The notes: generated by a model not told the origin, from the sequence alone. A stretch of 64,000 nt of DNA from Candidatus Woesebacteria bacterium (GCA_013426185.1 CP058602.1:463123-527122); one strand, 5' to 3'; shown: positions 9,488-17,924, counted from the stretch's first letter. Numbers and translations: made by a program.

Positions 9488-9675
9488 TGCAATTAAGAAC
9501 CTACCCTACTCTCAAAAGCTGTAAAGAGGCTTGCTTCAGAAGCCCAGTCTACAGGACGCCAGTCAAACTCAAGAACGGACGGTGGGCAGCTATAACCTGG
9601 ATCGAACAAGCGGAATACGAGCGCAGATTCAAAAAGCGCTTGACTTACAAGAAGTTCTGAGTATTCTTTGGACTG

Positions 9676-9882
9676 ATGAAAAAAGCATTGCAATTTATTG
9701 GTGAAATAGCAGGCTACTGGCTCTGGCTGGCAATCTTCTGGGGTTTTCTAGCCATTGTGGCGCTGGGAATAAACACTGACGCAGGGCTGGCAATCCTCGC
9801 TTTGGCAACCTCAGTGATTATAGTAAAAACAGGATGGGCGATATTGAGCGGACTGGTTATAAACAGCACGAACCAGGTATAA
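9676..9882 (+). CDS. small two-TM membrane protein
   Basis: Two hydrophobic helices (YWLWLAIFWGFLAIVALGI / ILALATSVIIVKTGWAILSGLVI). Confidence 0.35.
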   Translation: MKKALQFIGEIAGYWLWLAIFWGFLAIVALGINTDAGLAILALATSVIIVKTGWAILSGLVINSTNQV

Positions 9883-9915
9883 GAAAAAGGGCGTCAAATC
9901 GGAAAATTACTGCGC

Positions 9916-9944
9916 TTGACATTTAAGAAAAAAGGGTTAATACT
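9916..9944 (+). promoter_or_regulatory. sigma70-like promoter (TTGACA-17-AATACT) followed by GGAAAAGTAGGAAAA direct repeat
   Basis: Consensus -35 TTGACA at 9916; tandem GTAGGAAAA x2 at 9957..9977. Confidence 0.35.
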
Positions 9945-10108
9945 TAATGTCAGAATGGTAGGAAAAGTAGGAAAACTCCCACTATCATCGCCTCCTAAAA
10001 TAGCATTATCCCCTTGTTCAAACTCTCCCCTAATTCGAAGCCCAATACCCATCATATTGGGTGATTATTTATTTAAAACTAGAAAGGAGGTGAAAAAATA
10101 AAAAAGCT

Positions 10109-10894
10109 ATGAGGTATACGAAAAGATTGTTCGTAATCCTTCCCCTACTTGCCGTTGCCGTGCTTGTCGGGTATGGTCTCTCAAGGACACAGCCCGTCGG
10201 AGCGCAGCAAGACCCAAAGCAAGCTAGGATTGAGGCTTTAGAGCAGAAACTCAAGGATGTAACCGCTGAGGCGATGAAAAACGGCGAATTTACCATCAAC
10301 AAGTATGGTGAGAGAGTATTCGCTGGGAAGACCGCTGAGGAAGTCCGCCGAGTCGAGAAGGAAGTATACAACGAAATACTGGAGCTTACCGCACGACCCG
10401 CTGAAGACAGAGCAAAAACTGTCGAAGCCATCACCGCATGGAACGACAGATTCCTCTACACTGTAGAAGGACAGCCTGTCCAGCACCCCGTGTATGGAGG
10501 CAGACCAGGAGCAGTTCAAGGATTCAAAAAGCTCGCAGCCGAAACCTACTACTCTGAGGATTACCTATTCACAGTTGATGTCCAAACCAACAAAGTGCTT
10601 GAGGTCTACATGAGACCGAAAGAAGTTGGTGAACCTGCAGCCTTTGAGGACATGACTCCACGCTATAACCAGGCTCAATTGGAAGCGATGGCAAGGAAAC
10701 TTGTCGACGCTCAAAACTTGGGAGTGGATCTGGACTCCCTGCAGCTCGAAAGAGGTCAGAAGGTAGGGACATACTTCTTCCGCTGGACGGGAGAAAAAAC
10801 CTCAGAGGGTCAAAGACCATTTATTCAAGTGGGCTTGACCCAGGGCGGACAACTGATCGGCTATACCAATGCAGGCTTTTTTGAGGGTCTATGA
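10109..10894 (+). CDS. secreted protein (signal peptide), moron
   Basis: N-terminal MRYTKRLFVILPLLAVAVLVGYGLS; own promoter; SD AGGAGGTGA. Confidence 0.5.
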   Translation: MRYTKRLFVILPLLAVAVLVGYGLSRTQPVGAQQDPKQARIEALEQKLKDVTAEAMKNGEFTINKYGERVFAGKTAEEVRRVEKEVYNEILELTARPAEDRAKTVEAITAWNDRFLYTVEGQPVQHPVYGGRPGAVQGFKKLAAETYYSEDYLFTVDVQTNKVLEVYMRPKEVGEPAAFEDMTPRYNQAQLEAMARKLVDAQNLGVDLDSLQLERGQKVGTYFFRWTGEKTSEGQRPFIQVGLTQGGQLIGYTNAGFFEGL

Positions 10895-11508
10895 TAAAAA
10901 CTTTATCAAAAATTCTCTTCGCTTTAGCATTGGTAGCCATCGTTGGGCTGGCAGGTACAAGGGGTGCTTTGGCGTACAACGAAAGAACTATCATCTGTAC
11001 TGGTGGTAATTACTTCGATAGATATGGTCCGAGCGAATACTGGTGGGAACACGGCAGTATGGGTTGGTGTAATGCGCCAGCTGACTACGATTGGTGTGAG
11101 AATAGGCAATGCGCTCACAACTCACCTTATAACCAGGTGACCCGCAGTATGTGGAAGACTTACTCAGGTTGCTCTCTGAGTAACTACGCCAGATGGAACA
11201 TGGGCAACATCGCCCAGTGGAGTTACTGGTATGCTTTCATACCCAGCAACTACGCCACAACAACCAGAGCGCCTTATACGGTTACCTACAATGGAGGAAG
11301 TAGCTACTCGTTCGAGATCAACCAGAATAACTTTTACAACTATTGGGTTTCATTCCCAACAGGAGAGAATCGTTATCAGATCATGAACACCTGGCTTGAC
11401 GACGATACTTGTGAATCCCCCTCAACCCAGATCGGTTTTGATGAGACCGAAATCTGTCACGAGGCAAGCCAGTGGAGCGCTTACTGTCCTGGTAACCACG
11501 CACCCTAA
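10891..11508 (+). CDS. secreted Cys/Trp/Tyr-rich protein, moron
   Basis: Signal peptide; 9 Cys and many W/Y/N; followed by intrinsic terminator. Confidence 0.5.
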   Translation: MIKTLSKILFALALVAIVGLAGTRGALAYNERTIICTGGNYFDRYGPSEYWWEHGSMGWCNAPADYDWCENRQCAHNSPYNQVTRSMWKTYSGCSLSNYARWNMGNIAQWSYWYAFIPSNYATTTRAPYTVTYNGGSSYSFEINQNNFYNYWVSFPTGENRYQIMNTWLDDDTCESPSTQIGFDETEICHEASQWSAYCPGNHAP

Positions 11509-11530
11509 AGCGGAGCGGAAGGTCAGAGTC

Positions 11531-11560
11531 AGTCCCCCGCAAGGGGGGCTGGCTTGTTTT
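11531..11560 (+). terminator. rho-independent terminator
   Basis: CCCCC-GCAA-GGGGGG stem-loop followed by TTGTTTT. Confidence 0.6.
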
Positions 11561-11572
11561 AGGGGAAAAGTT

Positions 11573-11619
11573 GGAAAAGTAGGAAAAAACTTGACTTCCT
11601 ACTAGATTTGATGATAATT
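11573..11619 (+). promoter_or_regulatory. GTTGGAAAAGTAGGAAAAAA direct repeat plus promoter TTGACT-17-ATAATT
   Basis: -35 at 11591..11596, -10 at 11614..11619; repeat family shared with 9957 and 16078. Confidence 0.45.
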
Positions 11620-11644
11620 AGGGTACAATTAAGCTATAAGACTT

Positions 11645-12211
11645 ATGCAAAGCACGAAAGCCAAGCCGAACCGATTAGCAGAAATAATCATAGCAGCCAT
11701 CCTCCTCCTTGCTGTTAGCGCAGGTTCATATGCCTACTTCAGCTACAGGCAAAGCAGATTTGCACCCCCAGATGTAACTGCAGGTAAAGAGATAGAAGAC
11801 TACTTCATCGAAAAAATGGGCATGACAGCAGAAGAAGCTAGGAAAAACGCAGAAAATGGAGTCTCCTTTTATGTCACCGAGAATACCACTCTTGACGGAA
11901 TTATAGGCAATCTTTACTACTATGGCTTTGTTAAAGATGAGGCAGCCTTGAGAGAAGCACTAGCGAAAACCAAAGACATTACTCCAGGCAAAGAAGGGGC
12001 AATCGCTATCCCAACAAGCGATCCAGACAAGGAAGGCATCAACACAATTGACATTAACGCCTATTACGGGCTGAAAAAAGGCATGACCGCTTGGGAGATC
12101 GCTGACATTCTCCTTAACCAACCCACCTACCTGCAAGGCAGAACTTATAATTACCTGTTTATGCCAGGCATCCCAAAGAGAGAGCAACCGACAGAGAGAG
12201 GAGGTGAATAA
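11645..12211 (+). CDS. secreted or membrane-anchored protein, moron (weak MltG/YceG-like resemblance)
   Basis: N-terminal anchor LAEIIIAAILLLAVSAGSYAYF; motif GMTAWEIADILLNQ. Confidence 0.4.
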   Translation: MQSTKAKPNRLAEIIIAAILLLAVSAGSYAYFSYRQSRFAPPDVTAGKEIEDYFIEKMGMTAEEARKNAENGVSFYVTENTTLDGIIGNLYYYGFVKDEAALREALAKTKDITPGKEGAIAIPTSDPDKEGINTIDINAYYGLKKGMTAWEIADILLNQPTYLQGRTYNYLFMPGIPKREQPTERGGE

Positions 12212-12213
12212 GA

Positions 12214-12960
12214 ATGAAAGGAAAGCAGATATTGATGGCAGCGACTGTAGCTCTTGCCCTCGGAGCGTTTGCTTATAACTACCAAGCGAGCAAAGCAAAA
12301 GAGAGCGCCGTTGCAGTTGCAGCTGAGGATACGCAAGCCCAGCTTATAGCCCAAACAGAGGCGAACCTAGCAAGTATCGAAGACAAAGACTCTCAGGAGT
12401 ATAAAGACGCAAAGGAGCAATACTGCCTCTTAAAATCCAGACCAGCAACTGAAAGAGAGCAGGCGGTAGCCAATGTGAAAGAGTTCCTGGGCATGCCAGA
12501 GGTTGAGGTAAAATTCACCTGCGGAAGGGGTAACTATGAGTATTACGAGGCAGATAGATGGGCTTTTACCATCGACCCAGAAACTAACTACATCATTGAG
12601 AAAACCGAAGCGGAACGCAGATGGGGAGAAAACGCAGACGGCACACACTGGTTTGAAGAAGCGCCAGAGTATGACTATACTCCCCGCTACAGTGCAGAAG
12701 AAGCGGGCGAAGTCGCCGAGAAATTCATTGCTGACCATAAAAACATCTTCGGCGTCGATATCACCAGTATGACCAAAGAGTATCAGGGCATGAAGGACGG
12801 CGGAGACGGAATCACTCCAGGTAAGCTGGTGAATTACTTTTACGCCTGGAGAACGAAAGATAAAAACGGCAAAACTACGGCACTGATCAATGTAACCATC
12901 ACCAGTGGCGGGCAGATAGTTGTTTACGACAATGACACCTACGACCTGGCAAAAAACTAA
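12214..12960 (+). CDS. secreted protein, moron
   Basis: Signal peptide MKGKQILMAATVALALGAFA; SD GAGGAGGTGA. Confidence 0.45.
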   Translation: MKGKQILMAATVALALGAFAYNYQASKAKESAVAVAAEDTQAQLIAQTEANLASIEDKDSQEYKDAKEQYCLLKSRPATEREQAVANVKEFLGMPEVEVKFTCGRGNYEYYEADRWAFTIDPETNYIIEKTEAERRWGENADGTHWFEEAPEYDYTPRYSAEEAGEVAEKFIADHKNIFGVDITSMTKEYQGMKDGGDGITPGKLVNYFYAWRTKDKNGKTTALINVTITSGGQIVVYDNDTYDLAKN

Positions 12961-13060
12961 GACCAGATCGAACATAAAGGTCTAGCCCTAAGCAAAGGGC
13001 TAGATCAGTTGCAAATTAATTTAAAGAAGCCTATAATTCAGGTATTAATCAGGAAAATGA

Positions 13061-14062
13061 ATGAAAGGATTACTCGAAGGTAAGCGAAAACTGATTATAA
13101 TTCCTCTGATAGGGATTTTATCCCTAGCATTTCTTCCGATTGCCATAGGACTGGGAGCTGGCTGGTTCGTTTATAAAAAGGTCGGCAGCTCGAAATTAAA
13201 GTATTCCTTCTTGGCGATAATTGCTCTATTTACTTTAACCTTTGGTGGAGTGTGGATTTCAGCCATGACCTCCCCCAGCAAGCCAGAGCGAAACCAAGAG
13301 CAAACGACACAAGCCACCCCTACCCCAGAAGCGCAAACAACAGCCGTTGAGACAACCAAAGAGCCATCTCCTACCCAGGAATTGACCACTCCCACAAACA
13401 TGCAGACCGCTAAAATGACCAGGGTCATTGACGGCGACACAATCGATGTTTCGTTTGACGGCAAAACAGAGAGAATCAGGATTATAGGAATTAACACACC
13501 AGAGACAGTCGACCCCAGAAAACCAGTAGAATGCTTCGGACAAGAAGCCTCAGCTAAGGCAAAAGAGTATCTTGCGGATAAAACAGTGCAGCTGGAAGCC
13601 GATCCAACTCAGGGTGAGAGAGACAAATACAATCGCCTTTTGAGGTATGTGTGGATAGACAACGGCACTGTCGATTTTGGCAAACTGATGATCGCCACAG
13701 GTTATGCCTACGAATACACCTATAATCTCCCCTATAAATATCAAGCAGAATATAAGCAGGCGCAGAAGGACGCAGAGCAAGGCAAAAAAGGACTATGGGC
13801 AGATGACGCCTGTCCCGTTGCTACCACAAAACCCACTGCAAAACCTGTTACGCAACCAACAAGCGCACCGACACAAACGACCACATCGGGAGGCGGAGCG
13901 TGCAAATACTCCTGCACCAGCCCAGACCGAGATTGCTCGGATTTCTCCTCCCACGCCGAAGCGCAAGCATTCTTTGATTGCTGCGGATTTACAGCCACCA
14001 ACGATCCAATGAAACTGGACTCAGTAGGAGTTGGAGACGGCGTAGCGTGTGAATCAATTTAA
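13061..14062 (+). CDS. membrane-anchored thermonuclease (staphylococcal nuclease family) with Thr/Pro linkers and C-terminal Cys-rich Excalibur-like Ca-binding motif
   Basis: Alignable to micrococcal nuclease: VIDGDTIDV...RIRIIGINTPET...GQEASAKAKEYL...RDKYNRLLRYVWIDNG...GYAYEY; C-terminus DSVGVGDGVACE (DxDGxxCE-like); two TM helices at the N-terminus. Confidence 0.75.
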   Translation: MKGLLEGKRKLIIIPLIGILSLAFLPIAIGLGAGWFVYKKVGSSKLKYSFLAIIALFTLTFGGVWISAMTSPSKPERNQEQTTQATPTPEAQTTAVETTKEPSPTQELTTPTNMQTAKMTRVIDGDTIDVSFDGKTERIRIIGINTPETVDPRKPVECFGQEASAKAKEYLADKTVQLEADPTQGERDKYNRLLRYVWIDNGTVDFGKLMIATGYAYEYTYNLPYKYQAEYKQAQKDAEQGKKGLWADDACPVATTKPTAKPVTQPTSAPTQTTTSGGGACKYSCTSPDRDCSDFSSHAEAQAFFDCCGFTATNDPMKLDSVGVGDGVACESI

Positions 14063-14068
14063 AACCAC

Positions 14069-14186
14069 TTGCATTTTTCTTTGAGACTTTGTTAGAATGA
14101 AGGCAGCAAAGTAATCCGCCTGACGAATTTATCGGGGCTTAGGTTTTTTTACTCACCAGAGTAGGAAAACCCAAGCCCCGTTTTTT
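14069..14186 (+). promoter_or_regulatory. late leader module: promoter (TTGCAT-18-TAGAAT), conserved 22-mer GCCTGACGAATTTATCGGGGCT, intrinsic terminator (14134..14186)
   Basis: Promoter 14069..14098; 22-mer 14118..14139 identical to 17119..17140; GGGGCTTAGG...CCCAAGCCCC stem plus T6. Confidence 0.5.
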
Positions 14187-14201
14187 ATTGGAGAAAAACC
14201 T

Positions 14202-16073
14202 ATGCCAGAAGTCAAAGAAGAAAAAGTCACACAACCAGGGCGCTACGAACCGCCAGAAGCAGACGCAAAACTTATCGAGAAGTGGCAAAAAAGGTTCAAG
14301 CGAGCTAAAGAATTCCGAGAGCCATACCAGGCAAAATGGCTGAGGCTGTATCAGTTATACCGAGCCTACCAGCACAAGGTTAACTACGCCTACAATACCC
14401 GCCTGATGCCCCCGATTGCCTTCGAAATCGTCAAAACAGTCGTGTCCAGGCTGGCAAGCGCCAAGCGCAAGACAAGAATCCTGCCAAGAGAGAAAACCGA
14501 CCTTAACTCCCCAGCGCTGGATTCCTGGGATAACCTAGTCAACTACGACTTTGACATCATCGACCTGGCAAAGAAACTCCCCAGCTGGATCGAAGCCTCA
14601 ACCTTATACGGCAACGGCATCGTGAAGCTGGCATGGAAAGTGCTGACCACAACTGATAACGATGGAAAGGTAACTACAATTTTTGATGACCCCAGCATGA
14701 GCCTGTGTGATCTGTGGGATATCCTCCCCGCTCCTGAAACCACCGACCTGCAGGAGGACTGTCCCTGGTTAATCCACCGCATCGTCAAACCCAAAGCCCG
14801 AATCGAAAAAGAAGAAAAAGCCAGAGGCGAAAATAGGATTTATAAAAACCTGGAGTATGTCGAAGACAAGATCGTCGAAGACTGGAAGAAAGAGCGCTAC
14901 GAGATAAACGCCAAAAAGATGGCTCAGATGGGCGGGGGCGAAAAGGAAAACGCATCAGGCGAGAGCAAAATCCTCCCCGAAAAGTCCGAAGGCGAAAAGC
15001 AGGTCGAAATCTGGGAATGCTGGGACTGGGAAGACGACAAGCTCGTCGTGATTATGAACCAGGAAGTCCTCACCAGGGATGACGAGAACCCATACCTTGC
15101 GATCAACGGTGGGCGGATCTTCGTCGACCTGCCAGACATGCCTCTGCTTTGGGAATTCTGGGCGACAGGTCACATTGAACCAGTCGAAACCACTATTCTG
15201 GAGATCGCAGACCTTCGTAACCAGCGTATGGATGACATCGTTCTTATGCTTGACCCAGTAGTCAAAATCAGGAAGGAATCAGGCATAACCAAAAACGATA
15301 TAGTCTTTGCGCCAGGCGCAGTCTGGGAGCTGAGGAAAATGGACGACGCCGTAATAGAAAGACCGCCTGAAATAAGCCTCATGGGAGTAAACGAAGACAA
15401 ACTGATGCGAGACGAGATAAGCCGAACCCTGGCACTTGGCGAGTATATGCAGGGCATACCACAAAGCGCACAAGAGCCACTCGGCAAGGTGGCAATGCTT
15501 CTGGGGCAAAGCAACCTGCGCCTGAGCATGAATGCCCAGAACATCGGGATCGCACTCACCCAGGTAGCCAACATCCTCATCGAAATGAACCGAGAGTTTA
15601 TCGATAAAGACAAGCTCTATCGAGTCGTGGGCGAGGAAGTCGACTTCAAAGAATTCAAGGCAAAGGATAAAGAGGTAAAGGTAGATGCCATCGTCACAGT
15701 TGACCCAGTCATTCCACCCGACCAAACAGCCAGAATAAACCAAATCCTAATGCTCTACGACAAGCTAATCGCCCAAGACAAACCCAACTCCAACGACGAA
15801 AATGAGGTAAAAGTCTGGCTCAAGAGAAAGAGAGAGCTGCAGAAGATGTTGCTGGAGGAGCTGGATCTCGACTCTTATATTGAGGTATTGCTGGGTGCAG
15901 AGCCAGCCGAGGCAGGCACGGAATCAACAGAGACGCCGACAGAACCCAGCGCCGTTGCCCCTGTGTCGCCCGCTGAAGGGTCTTTACCAGCAGAGACGGC
16001 TGGTAATGCCCTCCTAAACGGCATAAAGAGCCGTTTGCAGCAAATTCCCCTCCTAAATAGACTCGTAAGCTAG
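14202..16073 (+). CDS. portal protein (putative)
   Basis: 623 aa, position between packaging and head genes, acidic C-terminus; preceded by the regulated leader. Confidence 0.5.
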   Translation: MPEVKEEKVTQPGRYEPPEADAKLIEKWQKRFKRAKEFREPYQAKWLRLYQLYRAYQHKVNYAYNTRLMPPIAFEIVKTVVSRLASAKRKTRILPREKTDLNSPALDSWDNLVNYDFDIIDLAKKLPSWIEASTLYGNGIVKLAWKVLTTTDNDGKVTTIFDDPSMSLCDLWDILPAPETTDLQEDCPWLIHRIVKPKARIEKEEKARGENRIYKNLEYVEDKIVEDWKKERYEINAKKMAQMGGGEKENASGESKILPEKSEGEKQVEIWECWDWEDDKLVVIMNQEVLTRDDENPYLAINGGRIFVDLPDMPLLWEFWATGHIEPVETTILEIADLRNQRMDDIVLMLDPVVKIRKESGITKNDIVFAPGAVWELRKMDDAVIERPPEISLMGVNEDKLMRDEISRTLALGEYMQGIPQSAQEPLGKVAMLLGQSNLRLSMNAQNIGIALTQVANILIEMNREFIDKDKLYRVVGEEVDFKEFKAKDKEVKVDAIVTVDPVIPPDQTARINQILMLYDKLIAQDKPNSNDENEVKVWLKRKRELQKMLLEELDLDSYIEVLLGAEPAEAGTESTETPTEPSAVAPVSPAEGSLPAETAGNALLNGIKSRLQQIPLLNRLVS

Positions 16074-16077
16074 TAGT

Positions 16078-16124
16078 CAGAAAGGTAGGAAATGTTTGAC
16101 TTCCTCAGATAAAGTAGGTATGCT
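16078..16124 (+). promoter_or_regulatory. CAGAAAGGTAGGAAA motif plus promoter TTGACT-17-TATGCT
   Basis: -35 at 16096..16101, -10 at 16119..16124; same motif family as 9957 and 11573. Confidence 0.45.
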
Positions 16125-16164
16125 TACACTTGCCAGCTCTTTAACAACTTAAGGAGAGTGTCAG

Positions 16165-16554
16165 ATGAAGAAACGACTGATGGCAGCACTGCTCCTCGTA
16201 GCAGTGGCTCTAACGACTGTAGTGGGCGTCGCCTACGCAGTCACCCAACCTGTCGAGTGGGCGGACAACCCCAATAGCTGGCGATACTCGCTAGACTACA
16301 TGGGGATGGGGTATGCAGAATGCGACTGGAACGATTACGGGTTCGAACTCGTCAAGACTTTCAGCGCAGACCCCGAACGCTACCGCATCTACTCCTTCAA
16401 CAGCCAGGTTGCCAACGCCTTCCGCAACAAATCCGTGATGGGCTATCAACTCGAAACACCCTACGATGCCTACATCTGCACAGGCTTCACGGATACCTGG
16501 AACGCAGGCGGTCCTGGTAATGTCGAGTCTTACCTATTCGTTTGGGTTCAGTAA
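16165..16554 (+). CDS. small secreted protein, moron
   Basis: Signal peptide MKKRLMAALLLVAVALTTVVGVAYA. Confidence 0.45.
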   Translation: MKKRLMAALLLVAVALTTVVGVAYAVTQPVEWADNPNSWRYSLDYMGMGYAECDWNDYGFELVKTFSADPERYRIYSFNSQVANAFRNKSVMGYQLETPYDAYICTGFTDTWNAGGPGNVESYLFVWVQ

Positions 16555-16691
16555 TAAGCTACTGATTACCCAGACAATCGTGTAACATCCATCTGAGAGC
16601 TGGCAAACGAGGAGGTAGACTATTTGTCTACATCATGCCTACATTGGCACACCAAACAGACACACTGTCTACCTCCTCAACTCTCTTAAAG

Positions 16692-16719
16692 TTGACAAAA
16701 AGAGTTAAATTGATATACT
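16692..16719 (+). promoter_or_regulatory. sigma70-like promoter TTGACA-16-TATACT
   Basis: Consensus hexamers upstream of 16734 ORF. Confidence 0.4.
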
Positions 16720-16733
16720 TAGAAAAGGAGAAT

Positions 16734-17060
16734 ATGAGAGACGAAAGAAAAAGCAAAAAAACAGCATTAAAACTTCTCCTCACCATCGCCATTGTCGCAA
16801 TCTTTTTTTACTATCTCTGGCAACAGGATATCGTAGGAAGCCAGGGAAAGCTCTACCCCACGAAAGAAAAAATGTGTGCCGAGTTTGCGCAGAGCTACCT
16901 GAGAACAATCCAAAAAGTCGAACCCAACTTCAACGATGAAAAATGGCAAAGAGCCGTCGACATTGAAACAGAGCTGCACAAACTTTGCACCCTTGATCTC
17001 TCCCAAGAAGCCATCAAAGGTTATAAACCCACTGCTTTGGACAAATATCGAAACCAATGA
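16734..17060 (+). CDS. membrane-anchored small protein, moron
   Basis: Probable start MRDERK with SD AAAAGGAG (ORF track gives 16635); TM LKLLLTIAIVAIFFYYLW. Confidence 0.4.
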   Translation: MRDERKSKKTALKLLLTIAIVAIFFYYLWQQDIVGSQGKLYPTKEKMCAEFAQSYLRTIQKVEPNFNDEKWQRAVDIETELHKLCTLDLSQEAIKGYKPTALDKYRNQ

Positions 17061-17064
17061 TCAC

Positions 17065-17195
17065 TTGACATTTGTTGCCAGGGTTTATTACAATGAAAAT
17101 AGTTAAATAGAAGACCAAGCCTGACGAATTTATCGGGGCTAAGACTTCTAGACATACGCATTAAGCGTGTGCTTAGGAGTTTTAGCCCCTTTTTT
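17065..17195 (+). promoter_or_regulatory. late leader module 2: promoter (TTGACA-18-TACAAT), conserved 22-mer, intrinsic terminator (17135..17195)
   Basis: Promoter 17065..17094; 22-mer 17119..17140; GGGGCTAA...TTAGCCCC stem plus T-run. Confidence 0.5.
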
Positions 17196-17217
17196 GTTGG
17201 CAAGGAGGTGAAAAAAT

Positions 17218-17619
17218 ATGCTCGAACAGCTAAACCAATCGGTAAAAAAAGTAAATCTAGTCCCCATCCAAACTACAACCACGACCATCACAGGAAGCGG
17301 AGTCGATACTTACCTCAGTGCTAAACCAGCCTTTGATTCAGCCTTAATTCTTGCCGAGATCGGTAACCTCGGAGATCAGTCGTCCACGAAAGTGAAGATT
17401 GAAGAATCAGACGCTTCAGACTTTAGCTCTGGTGTAAGCGTCGCCAAAGGCGGAGACGAAGTGACTGTCGCAGCTGACAACAGTTATCAATTTCAAGTTG
17501 AGAGGAGCAAGCGATATTTAAGAGCGGTGGTGACGATCACAGGAGGCATATCGCCGTCAGCAGAGGTGTTTGTTGGAGGACTTTTGTGGAACGCCCAAAG
17601 ACCGTTCCCAATGCTATAA
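17218..17619 (+). CDS. hypothetical head-module protein
   Basis: SD CAAGGAGGTGA; Thr-rich N-terminus. Confidence 0.35.
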   Translation: MLEQLNQSVKKVNLVPIQTTTTTITGSGVDTYLSAKPAFDSALILAEIGNLGDQSSTKVKIEESDASDFSSGVSVAKGGDEVTVAADNSYQFQVERSKRYLRAVVTITGGISPSAEVFVGGLLWNAQRPFPML

Positions 17620-17623
17620 ACCT

Positions 17624-17917
17624 ATGCCGAATGAAGCAAGCGCACAACCAGAAAATCAAGCGCCACAGGCGAGCTTGAAAAAAGCTCCTACTGAAGATAA
17701 GCAGGCAACCTGGGCGAAGATAGAAGCCGTGTATAACGCAGCAAAGACGGCTTATTTGACGAAGGGTGCAACTCTCGCCAATGTACTGGACAGCTTAAGC
17801 GCAACGCTGACGGACATTAAAAACGCCGAGACACAAGGAATGGGAGGCTTAGGAGCGGGACAGCCCGAAATGGAGCTGCCAGCACCGCCAGCACCAGAGG
17901 AAATGCCGACAGCTTAA
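17624..17917 (+). CDS. hypothetical head-module protein
   Basis: Start MPNEASAQ in TATAAACCTATG context (ORF track gives 17570). Confidence 0.3.
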   Translation: MPNEASAQPENQAPQASLKKAPTEDKQATWAKIEAVYNAAKTAYLTKGATLANVLDSLSATLTDIKNAETQGMGGLGAGQPEMELPAPPAPEEMPTA

Positions 17918-17924
17918 AAAAGCT

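Noticed and set aside
9493-9693. 66-aa - strand ORF in an all + strand phage block
   Set aside because: Antisense to a better-supported 57-aa + strand ORF (9487..9660); there are no expression signals for the - strand.
9916-10101. 61-aa + strand ORF
   Set aside because: It spans a promoter, the GTAGGAAAA repeats and the SD of the next gene; it is more likely a regulatory region than coding.
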